NCBI GenBank assembly: GCA_047495785.1 | Contig: JBLDXI010000007.1 | Location: 1,736,001-1,800,000 of the forward strand | Source of the DNA: Lepidodermella squamata | Taxonomy: Eukaryota; Animalia; Gastrotricha | Direction: 5' to 3' | DNA: 64,000 bases | Shown: piece by piece, positions 57,235 to 64,000 of the stretch | Layout of the letters: each line of letters begins with the position of its first letter | Numbering within the stretch: the stretch's first letter is position 1 | Position numbers and translations under genes: made by a program | The notes under the pieces: model-generated | Told to the model about the DNA's origin: nothing | The model's database searches: none | What the model saw: only the letters and a program-made list of their open reading frames with translations

Positions 57235-59658
57235 TTAGCTGCTATTATGTCGGATGTTTTTAACAAAATAGCGCAAATTCCCAACACTGGCAACTCCTGC
57301 ATCCACGAGAAGTGCAACGGAAATCACAGTTTGCTGCATTTTATGCGTGTCAACAATGAGAAGAATCAATATCGTGGCAACGAATACACTCAGTGCGTTG
57401 CAAACTGTTAGAAACAAAATCCTGAACTCGTACTCAGCATTGAGCTTATCAATAATCGTTCGACTGTGTTTTGTCCGGGAAAAGACTCGATAAGCTCGTA
57501 AAGATGCCAATATTACAGGGAATGCAATTACAGCTGTTAAAGAATATACCCATGTTGTCGACTCGTCATATGTGCATCCCGCCGAAGAAACTTCCCAATA
57601 AATGTCTGTATCAACATCATAATGCGAGTTTAGTCCAGATTTCTCGATGGTGAATGCGACGGGAAAGATCCCAACCCAAGTGAATGTCAATGCGCCACAT
57701 AATGCGGTATAACCTGATGTTGAGCCTAGGATTTTCCTCCAGCTTATAACGGCCAAGATAAACTCCACTGGCGGAATGTTGGACGATGATCTCGAGGCTC
57801 GTCTAGATGATCTAGCCACTGATGGTATCGCCAGAGAAACATTCTTTTGCGAGTTGATACTACCTCTTGCTGCAGAATCAATACAAATCGGCTCCTTGAC
57901 TTGGACAGCTCTACTGACTCTTGCCAAAGCCTCATTCGAAACAGTGCGGCAGATCAGGGTAGCCATAGATGCTAAGCATGAATGAAAAACTGCCAAGCCG
58001 AGACCGGTCAAAATTATTTGGATGGAACAAACATTTGAACTGTAATGGCGATTCACCTCCTGAGGCAATATAAAAATTATTGCGGCTGTTAACATTATCA
58101 AACTAGATAAAGCCAATAGCAGTTTGTAGCATCTCAACGCCGTTGAAATTACTAATTTTTGCCGCAATAAAAAGATGATATTCGCGCCGGTAACTATTAG
58201 CAAAACAGATGACAGGCAAATAACAACAATTGATACAGCAAGATTGACGTCCTCCATTACTACCTCGATCTGCTTAGAATCTCTCGGAGGGGTCCCGTCT
58301 AAAGTTGGCCATATAAACGGTCTTAGTTTTGTCGTGGTCAAGTTATTATCCGGTGATTTCTCACTGTTAACTGTTACCATCATGATGTCGTACATTGACT
58401 CTTGCTCTGTCCAATAAGAAATGACTTGAGGCTCGTAATCCATCTCTAACCGCGATGAGTAGCGAATTCTTCCGACTCTAAGCCCAATGAAATCAGTCTT
58501 TGCAAGAGAGTTGTTGGTTGCTGCTAGAACACTTCGAACATCAGAGTAATTATTTGATAACGGGAGAGATTTGTTCAACGTAACAAGGGCTTCCATCATC
58601 GCGTCATGGCAGAGATGCCTCATTACGTAATCTGGAGTTCTTAGTCCATTCGTGTTTCGATCAAGTTTTCTCTCGAACCCGAAAATGTCGTAGCCAAGCG
58701 GTGTTGATCCGTAACTTCGGGTAGAAGTCGCTACAGCGCCCATCCAAAACGTGTATTTATACTGCGCTTTGATCATTTCCCTCGTGCAACCGGGGTAAAT
58801 TTCGAGCGGGAGCGTGGCCGGTTCGACAAATGCTGGATTTTGAGCTATGAAAACGTATCTTTGCCCAGTCATGCCAACGTTGTAGGCCTGGCATAGGAAT
58901 CGCTGCAGAAAGGCTGGTTTATTGCCGACATCTACATCGATTATTCTCGAACCACTCGCTTTCAAAGAGGCAATAACTCCATCGCTTACATCAGTCACGA
59001 TATCAAGCCAAGCCACTTTGATTCCTCTTGCTGTTGCTGCCTGCGAGAAAATCGTCGCCACTGTGTAGTCATAGACTGAATCGGCATTAGTTATTATCGC
59101 AACGTTGCTCCATTTTCCGATGGTTTGAATGAAGACCAATCTTGGGTAAATGACATACTCACCAGGAACCCGCAATCGGTATAGATTCGGGTAAGTCTTT
59201 CGATTATCGGTGAAAAACGGTGTGGAACAAGCAAGCCCTACCGCGAACATGTCGATATGGTGCAACATAGCCGCCAATCGTTGGCAACCTGGGCTGAAAT
59301 ACGGTCCGACAATGATCGGAGATTTGACTTTATAACTGACATCTCGCCAGAATTCAATGGCGTGTTTAACACTTTGTGTCGCGCTGGTTGCTTCGTTCTT
59401 GAAGACAGGGATGACCTTGTAACTTGGAAGAAAGTCTACAATTTCATTTGCCGTGTTAACAGCAACTTCCATTGCTGCTTGGCAAAGCTTACCATCCCTC
59501 GGTTCATTGCCTGAAAGGAAAAACTCAGAAAAATATGGCAACTCCAATGAATACGAACCCGTGTAGGCAACCAGGGATAAGATGTACAAATCAGTCGATT
59601 TTTGAGCTTTGCATACCACGATTAAAAAAGTAAAGACCAAGCTTATTTTATTGCGCAT
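57235..59658 (-). CDS. Orphan class C GPCR, GABA-B-like (GPCR-3); start MRNKISL at 59658; 48-bp in-frame intron 59511-59558
   Basis: Close paralogue of GPCR-1. The upstream ~100 codons of the raw ORF precede the signal peptide and are likely 5'UTR. Confidence 0.88.
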   Translation of the reverse strand: MRNKISLVFTFLIVVCKAQKSTDLYILSLVAYTGSYSLELPYFSEFFLSGNEPRDGKLCQAAMEVAVNTANEIVDFLPSYKVIPVFKNEATSATQSVKHAIEFWRDVSYKVKSPIIVGPYFSPGCQRLAAMLHHIDMFAVGLACSTPFFTDNRKTYPNLYRLRVPGEYVIYPRLVFIQTIGKWSNVAIITNADSVYDYTVATIFSQAATARGIKVAWLDIVTDVSDGVIASLKASGSRIIDVDVGNKPAFLQRFLCQAYNVGMTGQRYVFIAQNPAFVEPATLPLEIYPGCTREMIKAQYKYTFWMGAVATSTRSYGSTPLGYDIFGFERKLDRNTNGLRTPDYVMRHLCHDAMMEALVTLNKSLPLSNNYSDVRSVLAATNNSLAKTDFIGLRVGRIRYSSRLEMDYEPQVISYWTEQESMYDIMMVTVNSEKSPDNNLTTTKLRPFIWPTLDGTPPRDSKQIEVVMEDVNLAVSIVVICLSSVLLIVTGANIIFLLRQKLVISTALRCYKLLLALSSLIMLTAAIIFILPQEVNRHYSSNVCSIQIILTGLGLAVFHSCLASMATLICRTVSNEALARVSRAVQVKEPICIDSAARGSINSQKNVSLAIPSVARSSRRASRSSSNIPPVEFILAVISWRKILGSTSGYTALCGALTFTWVGIFPVAFTIEKSGLNSHYDVDTDIYWEVSSAGCTYDESTTWVYSLTAVIAFPVILASLRAYRVFSRTKHSRTIIDKLNAEYEFRILFLTVCNALSVFVATILILLIVDTHKMQQTVISVALLVDAGVASVGNLRYFVKNIRHNSS

Positions 59659-61887
59659 TTGCTGGGAATGAAGAAGATATGTCTCAGACTTTTGATGAGT
59701 GCATTTCAAATGCTTCAAATGCGAAGATTTCAGCGGCTTCCTGGTGCGAACAACTCGAAGTTTCCTGTTGTAGTACACCTTCGCGTCAGATGATACACGC
59801 CCCATTGAAAAAACAGCGATTCGCCTACAGTCATGTACCTTTACAAGTTCCTGTGGCTCGTCACGCTTTGTCGCAGCGGTTGTATTTATATTCTCTGAAA
59901 GGAATGTTCCGAAGTAACGAGCGACACGCCTTGTCTGGGTTTTGGAAATTTTGATCACGAGGAACCGATTTTTCTCACAAACATATCTTATTGGTATGCG
60001 AAATTTCGAAAATTATCCTATCAAAACCTTTCCAGCTTTCATTATCTGATGATCCTCATGAATTATGTAGTCATTATAAAATCTACTGAACGTTTGCGTA
60101 GCAATACTACGGCTAAATTTAGATACTTATGATCGAAGTTGAAGTGAACTATTTTTAGTTGCCTATTGATCCCTCAGTTCCAGTCGTAAAAAGGTAGACT
60201 ATGGCTAGATCTAAATTTCCGACTGTAAAATTTACCACTACACAGATGGTAAAAATGTTAAAATTAGGAGCTGCGCATGATCCAGTCTATTAGATAATAC
60301 CTAATAGGTCATGAAATTAGCCATTTTGGACGGATGTTTTGCATTTAGACCTACGCACGATCAATTTAGCTCTAGATTATCTGCTGATTTCCGTCTGGGG
60401 TTCAGTATCTTGTGACAAACATTACGCCCTGTCCATGCGCGTCGGTGATCCTCTTCGTTTTAGCCACAACAGTTCAGGAACAACTGGATCGCAATGGCCT
60501 GTAACTATGCTTAACGTCAACTGTCTGCAACTCCGTCTAATTTTAGCACGAAGCCGCTCGAGGCAATCACTGCGCATAATAAAAACAAATGTGTTTTCAG
60601 TTTTCCAGTGTTCAAGTCGTTTGCAAGTCGTGTATTTAGTCTGTAGCTGGCACACATTGAGCTAGTAATGTCCGCTGAAATAATCTGCTGAATTTGCTAA
60701 TCTGTCACCAACGCTCGTCAATTTTCCTGTGAATCCCAGTCCGTAATCCAGGCATCATCCTGTTCCGTCAAGATGGACAACTGATCCTGCCATTTCTTGA
60801 AGTTCAGATATCTTGCAAAATAATCAGTGCAAAGCCATTTTTATGAGAACTGCATAGAATAAGCATCATACGAGGATAACAGACACTTTTCAGAACAGAG
60901 AAACGTCACAGACACGAGTTTCTGAAAGACTGTCTGCTGCTCTCGAGTGTACTGTACTGTATTCAAATGTGTCGTCGAGGGCTTTGTGCGAAAAAAGCAT
61001 CCAAAATAATCTTGGGCCCGTCACTTATGTTAGATTCAGGATTTCTTCGTTTCCGCAATGTTAGAGCTATTTTAGCCTCACATACTGTCAAGTGATGCGG
61101 CAACCGAGTACAGCTGCCTTTTCCCCGACCTATCGAAACACTTGCTAAGAACCTACGAGCGTCTGCGTTTTCTATTCCTGAGACGTTTTCGTTAGCGTCG
61201 TTGAATAACTCAGGTTATTTGCTTCTTCATGTCAGTTTCATTGTAAAAGGTGACGAGACTGAAAGCCACTCGTATGTTTTATTATTAATTACGAACAACG
61301 AATTCAGGCGCACACAGTTATCCTTAGTAGGCTTGTATCCGACGCCCTAGGACGTTCATCTTTTCCTTCAAATTTGTTGACGTGATGTTGACTAATTGTG
61401 ATGTGGACGATATTAGGGAATAAGGCATCGCGTGGTAGGTTGTTCCATTAATTGACGATCTCCTGCACTCTACGAAAGGTGCCGCGTCGACCATGTTCTT
61501 CGACGGTTTTGCGAGCTGTAATCGCTGCCCTCGTGCTTGTTCGCGGCTTCGAAGTTTTCGAGTGGACTTGTTTCGTCCCCGGAATTGTATCACCTCTTCA
61601 TTTCACGTTGTGTGTTGCTTTTTTTTAATATATTATTTTCGAAAACACCGGACAGCACGTAATTTCTGTGCTTGGAAATAGTGACTGTCATCTACCTTTA
61701 AACTTATAGCACGGCGATGTCGTGAAAAACCTCTATCGCCTATGTAAGGCGCAATAAATATCTCGGGTTTCTACCAACTGTCCCAGCATTGACTTTCCGG
61801 CTTGGTCTATTTCGGAATTCTCTTAGAACTGAAAAATCTGCCAGAATGATCTAGGATCATCTATCAAGTCAGGTGCATGGATATTTC

Positions 61888-61925
61888 CATAGAGAATGGA
61901 GTGACTCCGTTCTCCGTTCTCTATG
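61888..61925. mobile_element. 38-bp P-element-like remnant / excision footprint with 8-bp TSD
   Basis: GATATTTC|CATAGAGAATGGAG...CTCCGTTCTCTATG|GATATTTC. Confidence 0.65.
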
Positions 61926-63031
61926 GATATTTCTTTCAAAGAGCAGCAATAGCTCATGTTACTGAAGACCTACACATCACCTACGAGCCATTAGCGTTAT
62001 TAATTATGGTTATCATATAAAATAATCACGTTGGGACTGGGCACTATGAAATTAAAAAACATTACCATGGCTGATTAATCTTATATGCTAATTTGCTGTC
62101 TTTCGTCTTAAATTTTATCGAGTAAGAAAATTAATCATCCAAATTTGCCAATCTGTAACAAGATATCGATTCTACATTTCACCAAAATATTTGCGCCAGG
62201 CATAACCCTGTTTTGAGCTATTTTTGCCGTTTCCTCCACTGTGAAGTTGGCACATTTCGCGAATAAGTCACTACAGAGACCTTGAGGGAAGCGTCATTCT
62301 TCATTCTAGAAAAACCGACTCTTGGACGAAGTGTCTGTGGCTCTTGAATTTCGTATGAAGCTTAACTTAATTTCGATAATTTGTTGATGGCTTGCAGTAT
62401 AACTCATTCGAAGTAGTCAGCGTGCGACCCGTCATCTATTTCAATTGATATTTAGGCTTATTTCTTATTTCCGCAATGTTCAAACTCTGTTTACCTCATT
62501 TCCTCATAAGTGATGCGGAAATAAATGTTGCGTCTGCCCTGAGTCCCTAGTCCGTTTTCTTTAGCTTTTAGAGCAGTGATAAACTTTTCCCACTCAAGAC
62601 AAATTCCTATCGAGCATTCCCGTTTGATTGCGATTGTCGCAAACAAACGAGAACTTCAGCCAAAGAATTACCTATACAATAACAGGTCTCTCAAATTTGA
62701 AGTGCAAGCTGTAAGTGCTCACTACCTTCCCTGTGACTTGGAAATTTGGGATGACTAAACAAGTTGCTTCTTCAATTTCTTGTTAGCCACAGCTATCAAG
62801 GTTAATCACATTGTCAACTCTGCGGAGGGACTCAGGTTAATCCATTTCGTATCAATTTCAATTAATCCTTTCAAGTAAAGTCGGCATCACATTTTCAGGG
62901 TTGAACTGATCCTACACAGAACATCTTTCATGATTAGCATATGCTTCTGAAGAGCAACTTTATTTATTACTTTGATAGAAATTATTATTAGCATCTTCAC
63001 AGTCGAGGACGAATCGCGTTCAGATATTGCC

Positions 63032-64000
63032 ATGCATATTAACAGCCTTTTGGCGACCTTTTTGTTTCTCAAAAACGTCATTGCTGATAATCGGGAATTA
63101 ACAATTCTTGCGTTGATTCCATTCACAGGTTTGTGATTTCCATAAATGCCGAAAGTTGTTTTTCATTTCTTTCATCAGGTAACGATCCGAAAGATGGAAA
63201 GCTTTGCCGAGCTGGGATGGAGATAGCAATTGAGGCTGCGAACAAATCGCCCAATATACTGCCCGGTTACCGTTTATCCGCTTCATTCAAAGATGAAGGG
63301 TCCAATTCAATGCAAGCTGTGAGGCACACAGTTGAATTCATCCGATCTACTCCTTCAGCTGCACCCATTGTCGTTGGCCCTTACTTCACCCCTGGCTGCA
63401 AAGCTCTAGCAAGTTCCAGCCATCATCTCAATATGACCCAGCTTGGCGTTGGCTGCGGTGCGACCTTATTCACAAATAACCGCAAGAGCTACCCTAATCT
63501 GTACCGCCACAGAGCCTCGGCAGAACTCGATATTCCATCTCGTCTAAGTTTCATTCGCACCATTGGGAAATGGAGTAGGATCGCAATTATAACAAGTGCT
63601 GAAAATGTTTTCGACTACACGACAGCTTCTTTGTTCTCCCAGGCAGCTAGCTCAGCAGGTATCGAAGTCGCTTGGTTCAATACAGTTTCAACGGTAACAG
63701 ACGACGCGGTGGAGTCTTTGAAGCAAAGCGAGGCTCGTATTGTGATGATAGACGTCGGTAGTAGGGCTGCTTTTGTGTTCAGTGTGGTTTGCCAGGCGTA
63801 CAAGTTTGGAATAACGGGATCGAGATACATTTTCATGGCTGCTACGCAGGCTTTCGCAGATCCGAACTCATCAGTATTACCATGCTCTAGAAACATTGTA
63901 ATCGAGCAATTTCGATTTGTTTATTGGATTGGAGTTGCAACAGCTGCTCCCACAGATTTCGGCAGAACTAGCCTAGGCTACGATCGGAATAGTTTTGAGA
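63032..64000 (+). CDS. Orphan class C GPCR, GABA-B-like (GPCR-4), 5' part, intron 63129-63178; not in the ORF track
   Basis: Manual translation MHINSLLATFLFLKNVIADNRELTILALIPFT|GNDPKDGKLC...ILPGY...IVVGPYFTPGC...YPNLYR...CQAYKFGITGSRYIF, open to the window end. Confidence 0.88.

Noticed and set aside
61324-61593. Small ORF in the GPCR spacer
   Set aside because: Non-ATG start, no recognisable motif, no paralogue or splice support.

Overview
Eukaryotic DNA, almost certainly from an invertebrate animal with a compact genome (GT-AG introns mostly ~48-70 bp, TATA-like promoters). The window is a dense chemical-defence locus. It holds 3 tandem UDP-glycosyltransferases (one partial with the catalytic His replaced, one with a nonsense codon) and 18 sigma-like glutathione S-transferase genes, all on the minus strand, plus one GST 3' remnant. 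Interleaved with them are 4 orphan GABA-B-like class C GPCRs and 2 secreted PAN/C-type-lectin/kringle proteins. Many GST promoters share a TTGACCGAC/GTCGGTCAA motif resembling a nuclear-receptor half-site. An apparently intact ~8-kb EnSpm/CACTA (CMC)-type DNA transposon (6970-14932, CACAG ends, CG target duplication) separates the UGTs from the GSTs and carries four spliced genes, one with a piggyBac-type cysteine-rich domain. A ~5.7-kb tandem duplication, several MITEs and a probable P-element excision footprint are also visible. Exon structures and family assignments were made by eye from motifs; no searches were run.
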